A DNA stretch of 64,000 nucleotides. It comes from Candidatus Colwellbacteria bacterium (GTDB taxonomy: Bacteria; Patescibacteriota; Minisyncoccia; UBA6257; Colwellbacteraceae). The stretch spans positions 320,001 to 384,000 of the forward strand of contig JACOWZ010000003.1 in assembly GCA_016176525.1 (NCBI GenBank), read 5' to 3'. Position numbers and translations under genes: made by a program. Shown here piece by piece: positions 8,812-19,373 of this stretch; position 1 is the first letter of the stretch, and each line of letters opens with the position of its first letter. The notes beneath the pieces were generated by a model that searched no databases, was not told where the DNA came from, and worked only from the letters and a program-made list of their open reading frames with translations.

Positions 8812-9669
8812 ATGCGTGCAATAGATTACATAAAAGAGGCGGAGAAGAAGGGGGTTGCAATTGGACATTTTAATATTTCTGATGTTGTGGCGCTAATGGC
8901 GATATTCCGCGCAGCGCGCGAGCTTGAGGTGTCGGTCTTCATTGGAGTATCGGAGGGAGAGCGCGAGTTTATTGGCGTAGAAGAAGCAGCGGCTTTGGTT
9001 AAAGCGCTTCGCGAAGAGCACAACTACCCAATTTTTATAAACGCCGACCACACATATTCTTTAGAGGGTATAAAAAAAGCGGTTGCTGCCGGTTTTGATT
9101 CTATTATTTTTGACGGCGCAAAATTGCCGTTTGAAGAAAACGTGCAAAAAACCAAAGAAGCTGTTGATTATGTAAAGTCAGTAAACAAAGAAGTTTTAGT
9201 TGAGGCAGAGCTTGGCTACATTGGTAGTTCATCAAAAGTTTGGGATAAAGTGCCCGAGGGCGCAGGCTTGCAGAAAACAACACCTGAGCAGGCAAGAACT
9301 TTTGTAGATGCAACAGGTATTGATATGCTTGCTCCCTCTGTCGGAAATATTCACGGTATGATGAAAGACGCACCCAACCCTCGTTTGGATATAGAGCTTA
9401 TTAGGCGGATACGTGAAGCTGCCGGAGTTCCGTTGGTTCTACATGGCGCATCCGGAATAATCAAAGAAGATTTAACCGCTGCGATAAAAGCCGGAATTTC
9501 TATGGTTCATATAAATACAGAAATTCGGGTTGCTTGGCGCAAAGGCGTAGAAGAAGGTCTAAAACATCAGCCAGATGAGGTTGCTCCATATAAACTTTTG
9601 CGTGAAGCAGCTGATGATGTGTATAAGGTTGTACTTGGAAAACTGAAAATCTTTAACCACTTGGTATAG
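8812..9669 (+). CDS. fba: class II fructose-bisphosphate aldolase
   Basis: GHFNISD...INADHT...LHGASG pattern of ketose-bisphosphate aldolase class II. Confidence 0.8.
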   Translation: MRAIDYIKEAEKKGVAIGHFNISDVVALMAIFRAARELEVSVFIGVSEGEREFIGVEEAAALVKALREEHNYPIFINADHTYSLEGIKKAVAAGFDSIIFDGAKLPFEENVQKTKEAVDYVKSVNKEVLVEAELGYIGSSSKVWDKVPEGAGLQKTTPEQARTFVDATGIDMLAPSVGNIHGMMKDAPNPRLDIELIRRIREAAGVPLVLHGASGIIKEDLTAAIKAGISMVHINTEIRVAWRKGVEEGLKHQPDEVAPYKLLREAADDVYKVVLGKLKIFNHLV

Positions 9670-9724
9670 CGCATTTTTTATTTGTTATTGACTATGGTGT
9701 TTTGGGGCTGTATTATAGCCGCAA

Positions 9725-10852
9725 ATGAATATTCGCATTGCAATAAGAGGCGCTTTAGTTTTAGTAATTTTACTTTTTACTTTTGGGGTTAGTTTTGCGC
9801 ATGCTAAGCTTACATTTACGAGTACTAGTATATCCTCTGATTCTACTTTGGGCGTGACTTCCACAAATTTCAATATTAACTCTGCGGGAGTTGTTACAAG
9901 CGCTACGTGGAACGGCAACACAGTAGGTGTTGCATACGGAGGCACAGGCGCAACTACAGCTGCTGGTGCACGCACTAACCTTGGCGCGACAACTGTTGGT
10001 GACGCAGTCTTTACAGCGGCAGACGCTGCAGCTGCGCGAGCCGCAATTGGTGTTGGTTCTGGCACAGGAGATTTGGTTTCTACAAATAATTTGTCGGATT
10101 TAACAAACGCCGGCACAGCGAGATCTAATCTTGGCCTAGGTTCACTTGCCACACTTAGCTCTATAGGCACGGCAAATATTGATAATACTGCGGTTACTTT
10201 TGCAAAGATTCAGAACATATCAACTGCAAGAATTTTAGGCCGCACTACTGCTGGCTCCGGCGCGATAGAAGAGCTTGAGAGCGTGCCGATAGCTTTAGGC
10301 GGCACTGGTGCAACAACTGCTTCTGCGGCAAGAACAAATTTGGGTGCCACAACTGTAGGTGATGCAGTGTTTATCGCAGCTGATGCCGCTGCAGCACGAA
10401 CTGCACTTGGTGTAGGTTTGGGTATAGGCGACCTAGTTTCTACAAACAACCTTTCTGATTTGGCGAATGCCGCTACTGCAAGAACAAATTTAGGTTTAGG
10501 TTCGCTTGCTACATTGAATTCTATTGTCTACCAGAATCAAACACTTAAAACCGGCGCAAAAATCTGGACAGGGAGCGCGACAACCTCAAGCGGAGTTGCA
10601 ACGTTTAATCCGACAGACGACAACACTGCTTCGGGCACAGCTATTTTTACAAATGTTTATTCAATACAGGCAACAGCCGAAGGCGGTTCAACGCCTATAA
10701 CCTCGCCCTTGGCTTCAATTAGAACTGTTTCTGGTGATAATAAGACAATTACTATTGCGGCAGTTACTGGTACAAACCTCGGTGCTTTGGGCAACACTGT
10801 GGGCAATGCGCCGGACGGTACAACTGTTTATCTAACTATAATTGGAGACTAG
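9725..10852 (+). CDS. secreted tail-fibre-like repeat protein (internal ~120-aa duplication)
   Basis: Signal peptide; the block ARTNLGATTVGDAVF.AADAAAAR.A.GVG.G.GDLVSTNNLSDL.NA.TAR.NLGLGSLATL occurs twice (nt ~9930-10170 and 10290-10530). Confidence 0.55.
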   Translation: MNIRIAIRGALVLVILLFTFGVSFAHAKLTFTSTSISSDSTLGVTSTNFNINSAGVVTSATWNGNTVGVAYGGTGATTAAGARTNLGATTVGDAVFTAADAAAARAAIGVGSGTGDLVSTNNLSDLTNAGTARSNLGLGSLATLSSIGTANIDNTAVTFAKIQNISTARILGRTTAGSGAIEELESVPIALGGTGATTASAARTNLGATTVGDAVFIAADAAAARTALGVGLGIGDLVSTNNLSDLANAATARTNLGLGSLATLNSIVYQNQTLKTGAKIWTGSATTSSGVATFNPTDDNTASGTAIFTNVYSIQATAEGGSTPITSPLASIRTVSGDNKTITIAAVTGTNLGALGNTVGNAPDGTTVYLTIIGD

Positions 10853-10903
10853 ATTTTTTTCCACAAGACTTACGTAGGGTTTTTTGGTAAAATATAGGCA
10901 CTT

Positions 10904-13240
10904 ATGAAAAAGCTTGTAATTGCCGGTTTTTTCGTGCCTGCCTTGGTTTTTGCAGTGGGTGTTGCTTTTGCGGAAGTGGACTATGGCGATGGTTCTTCAA
11001 TAGGAGGGGACAAAGAAGCCCCCAGCGCGCCAACAGACCTTAAAGCAACCGCAGTTTCTACTTCTAGAATTGACCTTTCTTGGAATGCTTCTACGGATAA
11101 TGTTAAGGTGGCCGGATATAAAATTTATGTAAACGGCGAGTTTAGCACGGGCACCAGTGCAACAAGTTTTTCGCACACCGGGCTTACACCGGGCATGGAG
11201 TATTCTTACACTGTTTCTGCAATTGACTCATACAATAATGAATCGGCTAGAAGCACCTCGGTTTCTGCAACCACACATAAAGAAGAAACTAATATTCAAC
11301 CCTCGCCTCCTCCACCTCCGCCGCCACCTCCGCCATCTTCCACAGAGGATATAGAAAAACCAACTACCCCATCCAATTTAAAAGCCACCGCAGTTTCTGC
11401 ATCAAGAATTGATTTATCCTGGAGCGCTTCTACAGACAACATTGAAGTTGTGGGATATAAGATTTATATAAACGGCGTGCTTTTTACAGGCACTAACTCA
11501 ACAAGTTTTTCACACACTGGGCTTAAACCGAGCACAAAATATACCTATGCTGTTTCTGCGGTTGATAAATCCGGCAACGAGTCTAGCAAAAGCGGGGCTC
11601 TTTCTACTACTACTTCTGATGAGGTTAGTACACAACCTTCTCCGCCTCCACCTACTACAGTAGAAGACACCGAGCCTCCTACTCCACCCGATGATGTAAA
11701 AGGAGCGGCTATCTCCGGCAGCGAAGTTGCCTTGGCTTGGCAGCCATCTACGGACAATGTAGGGGTTGTGGAGTATACATTGTACAGAGGCGGCGTTAAA
11801 ATAGCGGTTGTAAAAGACACTACTTTTAGGGACAAAGAACTTTCTCCCGGCACAACATACAATTATGGCATTGTTGCGCATGATGCAGCCGGCAACTTTT
11901 CTAGGTTCAGCAGACTTATAAGCGTAACTACAAAATCGGAAGAAACAGACGTATTTATAAAAGGTGTTGTGAGATTTCCGGATGGTGCTGCAGTCTCGGA
12001 TGCTTTTGTGGGCGCTTGGACAACCGACGGCAAAAATATACATACAAAAACAGATATCGGCGGCACGTTTAGTTTAAAAGTCCTAAAAAATACTAAATGG
12101 AGTGTAAGGGCAGGCAAAATTGTTGAGGATATTGGGTATGAGTCAAACAACCTGACTTTTGACATTGGCGTTGCAAGTATGGAGGGCGTTGAAATTTATC
12201 TGCAAAAGTCGGAGAGAGAATTGCCTCCGCAAAAAGCAATAGAAGTGCAGGTTTCGGAGATTGCGCATGTCGAACTTACAGACGGCGCTGCAGTAAAAGT
12301 GCCGGAAAACGCTCCGGCCCCGGCCGAGGCAGTTTCTACAACAGACATTTTAACTCTAGATGTTAAGCCAACCGTTGATGTGCCCGTTACAGACAAAGAA
12401 AGAGTCGTGGGCTCCGCTTACGAGGTTGAGGTTAAAACCCAAAGTGGATCCCGAGTTAGAAGTTTTTCTAAAGATATTGAGATAACCTTGCCTTTTTCCG
12501 ACGAAGATTTGGATCGACTAAAAGTTTCTGCGGGTGAATTACGTCCCGCTTATTATGATGAAGAGGCAGGCGAGTGGGTTGAGATAAAAGATTACAGCTT
12601 AGATAGAAGAAATAAGCGAGTTGTCGCAAAAATTAAACACCTTACAAGATTTGCTCTTATTGCTGCGGCAGATATTACACCGCCTGCAGCGCCGACAACA
12701 ATGACTGCTGTGCGTGGTGTGGGTGGTATTCAGCTCTCTTGGGTAAATCCTACTACAGACTTTAGGCACGCCAAAGTTTACAGAAGCACGGAGCTGGGTA
12801 AATTGGGTGCCGTGGTTTTCCACGAGGTGTTCAGCGCATCTGTAACAGATACAACCGCGCTCTCAAACGTTGCGTATTATTATATTGTGCGTTCAGTTGA
12901 CCCTGCAGGCAATGAATCTCCAAACACCGATCAAGTTATTATTGCAGGTTCTGGTGAGCCTATTTTGGCTGGTAGTTTTACAAGAAGCTTGAAGATTGGA
13001 ATGAGTGGCGCCGACGTTAAGCTTTTGCAGCAGGTTTTGAACAAAAACGGTGTTCTTATTGCGGTGTCCGGTCTGGGCTCGCCAGGGAGTGAAACTAGTT
13101 TCTTTGGTCCGCTAACGCACGCGGCGGTTATAAAATTCCAAGAAAAATATGCGTCCGAGGTTCTGACTCCATGGGGTTTAACTGGGGGCACGGGCTATGT
13201 TGGCAGCACTACTAGAGCCAAACTAGAGGCTCTTAAGTAG
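10904..13240 (+). CDS. cell-surface protein: signal peptide, 3 fibronectin-III-like domains with Pro-rich linkers, C-terminal peptidoglycan-binding domain
   Basis: Three repeats of KATAVS.SRIDLSW.ASTDN..V.GYKIY.NG; P10 and PPPP linkers; C-terminal [18 protein letters not shown]...[13 protein letters not shown] (PG_binding_1-like). Confidence 0.65.
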   Translation: MKKLVIAGFFVPALVFAVGVAFAEVDYGDGSSIGGDKEAPSAPTDLKATAVSTSRIDLSWNASTDNVKVAGYKIYVNGEFSTGTSATSFSHTGLTPGMEYSYTVSAIDSYNNESARSTSVSATTHKEETNIQPSPPPPPPPPPPSSTEDIEKPTTPSNLKATAVSASRIDLSWSASTDNIEVVGYKIYINGVLFTGTNSTSFSHTGLKPSTKYTYAVSAVDKSGNESSKSGALSTTTSDEVSTQPSPPPPTTVEDTEPPTPPDDVKGAAISGSEVALAWQPSTDNVGVVEYTLYRGGVKIAVVKDTTFRDKELSPGTTYNYGIVAHDAAGNFSRFSRLISVTTKSEETDVFIKGVVRFPDGAAVSDAFVGAWTTDGKNIHTKTDIGGTFSLKVLKNTKWSVRAGKIVEDIGYESNNLTFDIGVASMEGVEIYLQKSERELPPQKAIEVQVSEIAHVELTDGAAVKVPENAPAPAEAVSTTDILTLDVKPTVDVPVTDKERVVGSAYEVEVKTQSGSRVRSFSKDIEITLPFSDEDLDRLKVSAGELRPAYYDEEAGEWVEIKDYSLDRRNKRVVAKIKHLTRFALIAAADITPPAAPTTMTAVRGVGGIQLSWVNPTTDFRHAKVYRSTELGKLGAVVFHEVFSASVTDTTALSNVAYYYIVRSVDPAGNESPNTDQVIIAGSGEPILAGSFTRSLKIGMSGADVKLLQQVLNKNGVLIAVSGLGSPGSETSFFGPLTHAAVIKFQEKYASEVLTPWGLTGGTGYVGSTTRAKLEALK

Positions 13241-13249
13241 AGATAGTTT

Positions 13250-13966
13250 ATGCGCAAGACTTATATCTTTATTTTTGCCGGCGGTATATTTTTAGCGCTT
13301 GCATTTTTGTTTTTTATTGTGGGTAAAAGTACAGAAGGCCAAGGCGCGCATTTGTATAGAAACTCTGACGCTAACATTTCCAAAATAAATCTAACTGTTT
13401 TTTATACTGTGCCGAAAGATAAAATGCCGTATGATTTTGAAACAGTTATGGCTAGTTTAGAGCCCGCGCTAGAGGAGGCCTCGGCCTTTCACTCTTTGCA
13501 ATTTGTTGATAAATCTTGGATTCAGTATTCAATTTATCCGACTGTTTTAAAACTGGAACGCGATAGTTTCTTCTACGACACGGAAGATACATCGCGCGGC
13601 AATCCAAATGCGCTCGCAAGTATTACAGAAGAAATTAAAGACAACAATCTTATAGTAGAGAAAAAAGGCGAATTTACAGTTTTGGGCATTATATACGAGG
13701 GGCTTGGCGCTGCCGGCGCTTTGAGTGAAGATAGTAAGTTGGGTAGTTTTATACTCTCCCGCGATTTTATAACCCGCGAAGAATATGTGCTTTCTCGCTC
13801 TGCGCTTTTGTACCACGAGTTTGGGCATACACTTGGTATTCCAGATTTGTATGATTTAGATACAGGCGAGGCTTTTACATCAGACATTATGGGTGGGGGC
13901 AGGCAAGAGCCGCTTGAGGCAAACTACATAGAGATAAGCACACTAAAAGAAATGGGTGTTTTATAG
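13250..13966 (+). CDS. membrane-anchored putative zinc metallopeptidase
   Basis: N-terminal TM helix; LYHEFGHTLGIPDLYD (HExxH..G..D motif). Confidence 0.5.
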   Translation: MRKTYIFIFAGGIFLALAFLFFIVGKSTEGQGAHLYRNSDANISKINLTVFYTVPKDKMPYDFETVMASLEPALEEASAFHSLQFVDKSWIQYSIYPTVLKLERDSFFYDTEDTSRGNPNALASITEEIKDNNLIVEKKGEFTVLGIIYEGLGAAGALSEDSKLGSFILSRDFITREEYVLSRSALLYHEFGHTLGIPDLYDLDTGEAFTSDIMGGGRQEPLEANYIEISTLKEMGVL

Positions 13967-13969
13967 AAA

Positions 13970-15676
13970 ATGTTTTTATTAAAAAGCCGTCTGCATAGAA
14001 AAATATTCTTAATGATGCTTGTTGTAGGTGTTTTGCCGATTTTGGCTGCAGGCGGTTTTGCGCTCTATAGTGTTACGAACTCTCACATCAAAAGTGTTAA
14101 CGATATTGAAAAGAATTTACTTAACCAAAAAGCAGAAGAAGTTGATAGTTTTATAAAAGGTAACTTGGAGTCTATTAATCTTTATGTTGCGCTCGGCGAC
14201 CTTGATGCGGAGTTTAGCCCTGCTGCGCAGAAAACGTATTTAACAAATATTATGGCGGTTAGCCCTGCGATAGAAGATATTTATTTTTTTCATCCCTATA
14301 CAGGTGAGATTACTGCCCGCGTTGCTAGAGATTTTGAACCGTCTACACAGGCACTCGCCGAATCTCGTGCGGAGCTTCCGGATTTTAGATTTTTAAGGAA
14401 TAGCTTTGATGAGAGTGTTAAGGATACAGATGTGTTCTACGTTGGTCCGGTAAATATTACGCCGCGCGGGCCGGAGATAGAGGTTGCCGCAACGGTAAAG
14501 AATTTTACGAGCTCAATAATCTCTTTTGTAGGGGCAAGAATAAGTCTCTCTGAATTACAGAATATTGTAGAGGCTTCTGTACTGGGCGAAACAGGTTATG
14601 TTTATCTAACGGATTCCGCAGGGCGTGTTATTGCCGCAAGTTCCGAGAAGACTACAGGGGCAACTGGCGTTGATGTTGTTGGGTTAGTACATAAGATTGA
14701 TTCTCCTCAAATGACGCTTGTCGCCGAGTGGCCAGTATCGGAAGCATATGCGGTTTTGGCAAATTTGCGCGCGCAGGTTGTTGGCTTTTCGTTCTTAGCC
14801 CTTTTAGCGGTTGTTATTCTTTCTATATTTTTGGCTAACAAAATTGTGCGGCCGATAAGAGCTCTTGAAGAGGGCACAAAGTTTGTTGCAAAAGGCAAAT
14901 TTGACGAGCCGGTGAGCGTTAAAACAGGCGATGAGCTGGAAGAGCTTGCCGCGGCGTTCAATAAAATGACAGAAGGGTTAAAAGAGCTTGAAAAATTGAA
15001 AGACGAATTCGTCTTTATCGCCGCGCACGAGCTTAAAACCCCGGTTGCGGCTATAAAGGGGTACTTATCGCTTGTGCGTGACGGGCTTGCCGGCAAAGTG
15101 GACGATGAGGCAAAGCAGTTTATAGACAAAGTAATTGCAGCAAATACGCGGCTTGTTAAGCTGGTGGAAGATTTACTGGAAGTTGCGCGTGCGGAGGCCG
15201 GACGCATAAAAATTGATGTGGCGCCGACTGATGTTGTACCCGTTGTGCGCGAAACCCTGAGCGAGCTAAAGCCTCTCTCGGATGAAAAAAATATTACTCT
15301 TGTGTACCAACCTGCCGGAGGAATTCCTAGAGTTTTAGCTGATGCTGCCCGCGTGCGCGAAGTGCTGGTTAACTTAATCGGCAACTCTATAAAATACACG
15401 CTGGGCGGTGGAACTGTAACTATTAGCCACGAGGTTCGCGCCGGCGAGCTAGTAACTAACATAAAAGACACCGGAATTGGAATTTCCAAAGAAGCACAAG
15501 CGAAACTTTTTGAAAAATTCTATAGAGTACAGACTCCACAGACTGCCAAGATAACCGGCACGGGTTTGGGGCTCTTTATAGTAAAGCAGATTATAGAGAA
15601 GATGGGCGGCAAAATTTGGTTTGAGTCGCAAGAGGGTAAGGGTTCAACTTTTAGTTTCTCTCTTAAAATAGTATAA
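13970..15676 (+). CDS. sensor histidine kinase (extracytoplasmic sensor, HAMP, HisKA, HATPase_c)
   Basis: FIAAHELKTPVAAIKGY H-box; GTGLGLFIVKQIIEKMGGKIWFES G-box; HAMP segment before it. Confidence 0.8.
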   Translation: MFLLKSRLHRKIFLMMLVVGVLPILAAGGFALYSVTNSHIKSVNDIEKNLLNQKAEEVDSFIKGNLESINLYVALGDLDAEFSPAAQKTYLTNIMAVSPAIEDIYFFHPYTGEITARVARDFEPSTQALAESRAELPDFRFLRNSFDESVKDTDVFYVGPVNITPRGPEIEVAATVKNFTSSIISFVGARISLSELQNIVEASVLGETGYVYLTDSAGRVIAASSEKTTGATGVDVVGLVHKIDSPQMTLVAEWPVSEAYAVLANLRAQVVGFSFLALLAVVILSIFLANKIVRPIRALEEGTKFVAKGKFDEPVSVKTGDELEELAAAFNKMTEGLKELEKLKDEFVFIAAHELKTPVAAIKGYLSLVRDGLAGKVDDEAKQFIDKVIAANTRLVKLVEDLLEVARAEAGRIKIDVAPTDVVPVVRETLSELKPLSDEKNITLVYQPAGGIPRVLADAARVREVLVNLIGNSIKYTLGGGTVTISHEVRAGELVTNIKDTGIGISKEAQAKLFEKFYRVQTPQTAKITGTGLGLFIVKQIIEKMGGKIWFESQEGKGSTFSFSLKIV

Positions 15677-15684
15677 TTACTGCC

Positions 15685-16098
15685 ATGAGCGACAATAAGC
15701 CTGTAGTCTTATTGGTTGACGATACCGAAGATTTTCGCGAGATATTTTCTATTAAGTTAAAATCCGCGGGTTTTGATGTGCAAACCGCAGCTAGCGGCGA
15801 GGAGTGTATTGAAAAACTTAAATCCATAAAACCGAACTTGGTGCTTATGGATTTGCAGATGCCCACTATGGACGGGGTAAAAACCGTGGAGCATCTGAGG
15901 CTTAACCCGGATACAAAGAATACAAGGGTTGTATTTTTGACAAACTATGGCGAGCCTACACACGAGCATTCATGGACCGACAAACAGTTTGCAAAGCAAA
16001 TTGGCGCAGAGGATTATATTAGAAAAACAGAAGATTTAGACGAAATTGTAAAACATATTAAGGAACATGCGGGAGAAATCTCTTATACTAGTAGTTGA
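15685..16098 (+). CDS. single-domain response regulator (receiver only)
   Basis: VVLLVDD...LVLMDLQMP...receiver motifs; 137 aa. Confidence 0.75.
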   Translation: MSDNKPVVLLVDDTEDFREIFSIKLKSAGFDVQTAASGEECIEKLKSIKPNLVLMDLQMPTMDGVKTVEHLRLNPDTKNTRVVFLTNYGEPTHEHSWTDKQFAKQIGAEDYIRKTEDLDEIVKHIKEHAGEISYTSS

Positions 16099-16528
16099 CG
16101 ACGAGGCGGATATGCTGGATATCGCCAAAGCCAGGCTTACCGCCGGTGGGTACGAGGTTGCAACTGCAATAGACGCGGAGATGGCCTACAAAAAAGCCAA
16201 AGAGCTAAAACCAGACTTGATGCTTTTGGATATTCGTATGCCCGGCATAAACGGCACCGAAGCACTTTTAGATTTTAAAAATAACGCAGATATAAAGGAT
16301 ACCCCGATTGCGTTTTTTACAAACCTAACTGTGCCGTGGCCAGGAGTTGGTGTTGAAAACGAAAAATTTGCCAAAGAGCTTGGCGCTGTAACTATTATTG
16401 ATAAATCTAAAGATATGGACCAATTGGCGGATGTTGTTAAAAAGATTTTAAACGATGTTAGCAAGAATAATTTAAAGCGCGATATAGAAAAAGAAGTAGA
16501 TAAACTAGGGAGTGATGAAAAAAATTAA
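16067..16528 (+). CDS. single-domain response regulator (receiver only)
   Basis: ILVVDDE...LMLLDIRMPGINGTE; overlaps the previous gene by 32 nt. Confidence 0.7.
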   Translation: MREKSLILVVDDEADMLDIAKARLTAGGYEVATAIDAEMAYKKAKELKPDLMLLDIRMPGINGTEALLDFKNNADIKDTPIAFFTNLTVPWPGVGVENEKFAKELGAVTIIDKSKDMDQLADVVKKILNDVSKNNLKRDIEKEVDKLGSDEKN

Positions 16529-17729
16529 TTTGGATTTGCCGTCGGGCTTCCGCGATTATCTGCCGAGCGAAGCGGCGGCGCGTTTAAAGATGGTTGCGAC
16601 AGTGAGGCAAGTTTTTGAGCGGTTTGGGTTTCAGCCGCTTGATACTCCATCTGTTGAGCGGATTGATGTTTTAGCGAGCGAAAAATCCGATGTACAAAAG
16701 CAGATATTTCGCCTTAAAGACAAAGAAAATCTTGGGTTGCGGTTTGACCTTACCGTGCCCTTGGCGCGTGCAGTTGTTTCTTACCCAGAGCTTGGCAGGC
16801 CCTTTAAGAGATACCAGGTTGGCAATGTTTTTCGTGGCGAGAAGGCACAAGCCGGAAGATACCGTGAGTTTTTGCAGATGGATGCAGATATTATAGGGTC
16901 TGATTCGGTGCTCGCAGATGCAGAGATAATTTCTTTAATGTACCAAACCTTGCGTGCACTGGGAGTTGGGAAATTTACTATAAAAATCGGCCACCGTGCG
17001 GTATTAGAACGTGTTTTGCAAAATGCCGGCGTACCAAAGCAAAAAATTCTGGCTGTTATACGTGCAATAGATAAGGTTGAAAAAGTTGGCTGGGGTGGTG
17101 AGGCAAAAAAATATAAAAGTGAGATAGAAAATTTTGATTATAAAGGCGCGCCGGAGTTTTTGGATTTGCGCACGCATTTGATGGCTCTTGGCGTTCCAGA
17201 GAAAAACTATAAGTTTGATATATCTGTCGCGCGCGGACTTGATTACTACACCGGTATGGTGTGTGAAACAGTTTTAGATGACTTGCCGGAGATTGGCAGC
17301 ATATTTTCTGGCGGCAGGTATAATGGGCTTGTTTCTCGGTTTAGTAAAATGGAAGTGCCCGCGGTTGGTGCCTCCGTTGGTGTTGACCGGCTTTTTGTGG
17401 CGTTGCAAAAACTAGGGATTCTAAAAGGCGAGCGCGTAGGCGCGAATGTTTTGGTTCTGAATTTTGAGCCAACCGCCAGCGAAGTGATACAGAAAGTTGC
17501 CACCGATCTGCGCCGCGCAGAGATTTCTACCGAAATTTATCTCGGCAAAGAAGCGACTCTTAAAGGCCAGCTTGCTTACGCAGTAAGCCACGAGTACCCC
17601 GTTGTTGTAATAATTGGCGCGGAAGAATTAAAAGGCAATGCCGTAACAGTCAGAGATATGCGTGCGAGGGGGCAAACTGAAGTTGGTGTGGATAAAGTTG
17701 TAGCGGCCGTTAAAGAGGTGCTACAATAA
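16512..17729 (+). CDS. hisS: histidyl-tRNA synthetase
   Basis: GFRDYLP, FRGEKAQAGRYREFLQMDADIIG (motif 2), ARGLDYYTG and GGRYNGL His-binding motifs. Confidence 0.75.
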   Translation: MMKKINLDLPSGFRDYLPSEAAARLKMVATVRQVFERFGFQPLDTPSVERIDVLASEKSDVQKQIFRLKDKENLGLRFDLTVPLARAVVSYPELGRPFKRYQVGNVFRGEKAQAGRYREFLQMDADIIGSDSVLADAEIISLMYQTLRALGVGKFTIKIGHRAVLERVLQNAGVPKQKILAVIRAIDKVEKVGWGGEAKKYKSEIENFDYKGAPEFLDLRTHLMALGVPEKNYKFDISVARGLDYYTGMVCETVLDDLPEIGSIFSGGRYNGLVSRFSKMEVPAVGASVGVDRLFVALQKLGILKGERVGANVLVLNFEPTASEVIQKVATDLRRAEISTEIYLGKEATLKGQLAYAVSHEYPVVVIIGAEELKGNAVTVRDMRARGQTEVGVDKVVAAVKEVLQ

Positions 17730-17732
17730 ATT

Positions 17733-19373
17733 GTGCTACGCAAGAAGACTCAAACTAAATATATTTTTGTTGTTGGCGGGGTAATGTCTGGTGTGGGCAA
17801 GGGTATTGCCGTTGCCTCAATCGGCCGCTTGCTTCAGGCCCACGGCATTAAAGCCACAGCTATAAAAATTGACCCCTATATAAATGTGGATGCTGGCACT
17901 ATGAACCCCACCGAGCATGGTGAGGTTTTTGTGTTGCGCGATGGGTTGGAGTGCGACCAAGACATGGGCAACTACGAAAGGTTCTTGGGCACGGATTTAT
18001 CCGGTGCAAACTATATGACAACCGGCAGCGTGTACCGAAAAATTATCAACGACGAGCGCAACATGCGATACAAAGGCAAGTGTGTGGAGGTTGTGCCGCA
18101 TGTGCCGTTGGAAGTTATATCTCGGATTAAACACGCGGCAAAAGTTAACAAAGCAGAAGTTGTGCTGATAGAAATTGGAGGCACGATAGGCGAATACCAA
18201 AATGTGCTTTTCTTGGAGGCGATTAGAATTCTCCGCCTCAAAGAATCTGATTCTGTTTTTCTTGCGCTAGTTAGTTACTTACCCCTACAGGGCGACGGCA
18301 ACGAGTTAAAGACAAAGCCGACACAGTATGCGATAAAATCCTTGAACGCGGCGGGTTTGCATCCGGATATGGTTTTTGCCCGCGCCAAAACACCACTGGA
18401 TAAAAAACGCAAAGAGAAAATCGCGTTTAACTGTTCAATATCTGTAGAAAATGTGATTTCCGCGCCGGACGTGGAGAGTATTTATGATATTCCGAATAAT
18501 TTTAAGCGTGAGAATGTCGATAAAATCATTTTAGAATCACTTGGCCTAAAATCGCGCGGATTTCGGTTTAAAGACTGGGCGCACGCCGCTCGCAGAGCGC
18601 ATAGTGCAAAGCATCGTGTAAAGATAGGCATAGTAGGTAAGTATTTTTCAACGGGCAGTTTTATGCTTGCCGACTCGTATATTTCTGTGATTGAGTCTAT
18701 TCGCCACGCTTCATATTCGCTTAATCTAAAACCGGAGATTGTATGGCTAAATGCGGATGACTACGTTGGCGCCCGCAATTTAAATGATTTAAAGAAGTTT
18801 GACGGCATAATAGTGCCCGGCGGTTTTGGCGGCAGGGGGATTGAGGGCAAGATTGCCGCGATAAAATTCTGCAGAGAAAATAAAATTCCATATTTTGGCC
18901 TTTGCTATGGTATGCAGCTCGCCGCGGTAGAAATTGCGCGGCACGTTGCGAAGTTAAAAGGCGCACATACTGTAGAGATAAACCCCCACACAAAATACCC
19001 GATTATTGATGTTATGCCGGATCAAAAAGAAAAGCTTGCCAACCACGATTATGGCGGCACTATGCGGTTGGGCTCATATACTGCAAGAATTTCTAAAGGA
19101 ACTATTGCTGAAAAGGCCTATGAAAAACACACAATAAGCGAACGGCACAGACACAGGTATGAAGTTAATCCAAAATTTATTGCAAAACTAGAGAAGGCTG
19201 GCGCGGTGTTCTCCGGCAAGTCTCCGGACGGCAAGCTAATGGAGATAATGGAACTGCCTCGTACAAAGCACCCGTTTTTCTTGGGCACGCAATTCCATCC
19301 AGAATTCCAATCCAGCTTACTCTCGCCCCACCCGCTTTTTGTAGAATTCATCCGCGCCTCTGCGGAGAAATAG
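17733..19373 (+). CDS. pyrG: CTP synthase
   Basis: KYIFVVGGVMSGVGKGI N-terminal synthetase motif; C-terminal GATase (GLCYGMQ); GTG start preceded by AAAGAGGTG. Confidence 0.9.
   Translation: MLRKKTQTKYIFVVGGVMSGVGKGIAVASIGRLLQAHGIKATAIKIDPYINVDAGTMNPTEHGEVFVLRDGLECDQDMGNYERFLGTDLSGANYMTTGSVYRKIINDERNMRYKGKCVEVVPHVPLEVISRIKHAAKVNKAEVVLIEIGGTIGEYQNVLFLEAIRILRLKESDSVFLALVSYLPLQGDGNELKTKPTQYAIKSLNAAGLHPDMVFARAKTPLDKKRKEKIAFNCSISVENVISAPDVESIYDIPNNFKRENVDKIILESLGLKSRGFRFKDWAHAARRAHSAKHRVKIGIVGKYFSTGSFMLADSYISVIESIRHASYSLNLKPEIVWLNADDYVGARNLNDLKKFDGIIVPGGFGGRGIEGKIAAIKFCRENKIPYFGLCYGMQLAAVEIARHVAKLKGAHTVEINPHTKYPIIDVMPDQKEKLANHDYGGTMRLGSYTARISKGTIAEKAYEKHTISERHRHRYEVNPKFIAKLEKAGAVFSGKSPDGKLMEIMELPRTKHPFFLGTQFHPEFQSSLLSPHPLFVEFIRASAEK

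Noticed and set aside
9685-10449. Minus-strand ORFs 9685-10170 and 10210-10449
   Set aside because: They are antisense to the Gly/Ala/Thr-rich repeat protein; the low-complexity coding strand generates long open frames on the opposite strand.
11510-12396. Minus-strand ORFs inside the FN3 surface-protein gene
   Set aside because: Antisense artefacts of a long, well-supported plus-strand gene.
14707-15489. 260-aa minus-strand ORF
   Set aside because: Antisense to the histidine kinase, whose H-box and G-box motifs are clear.
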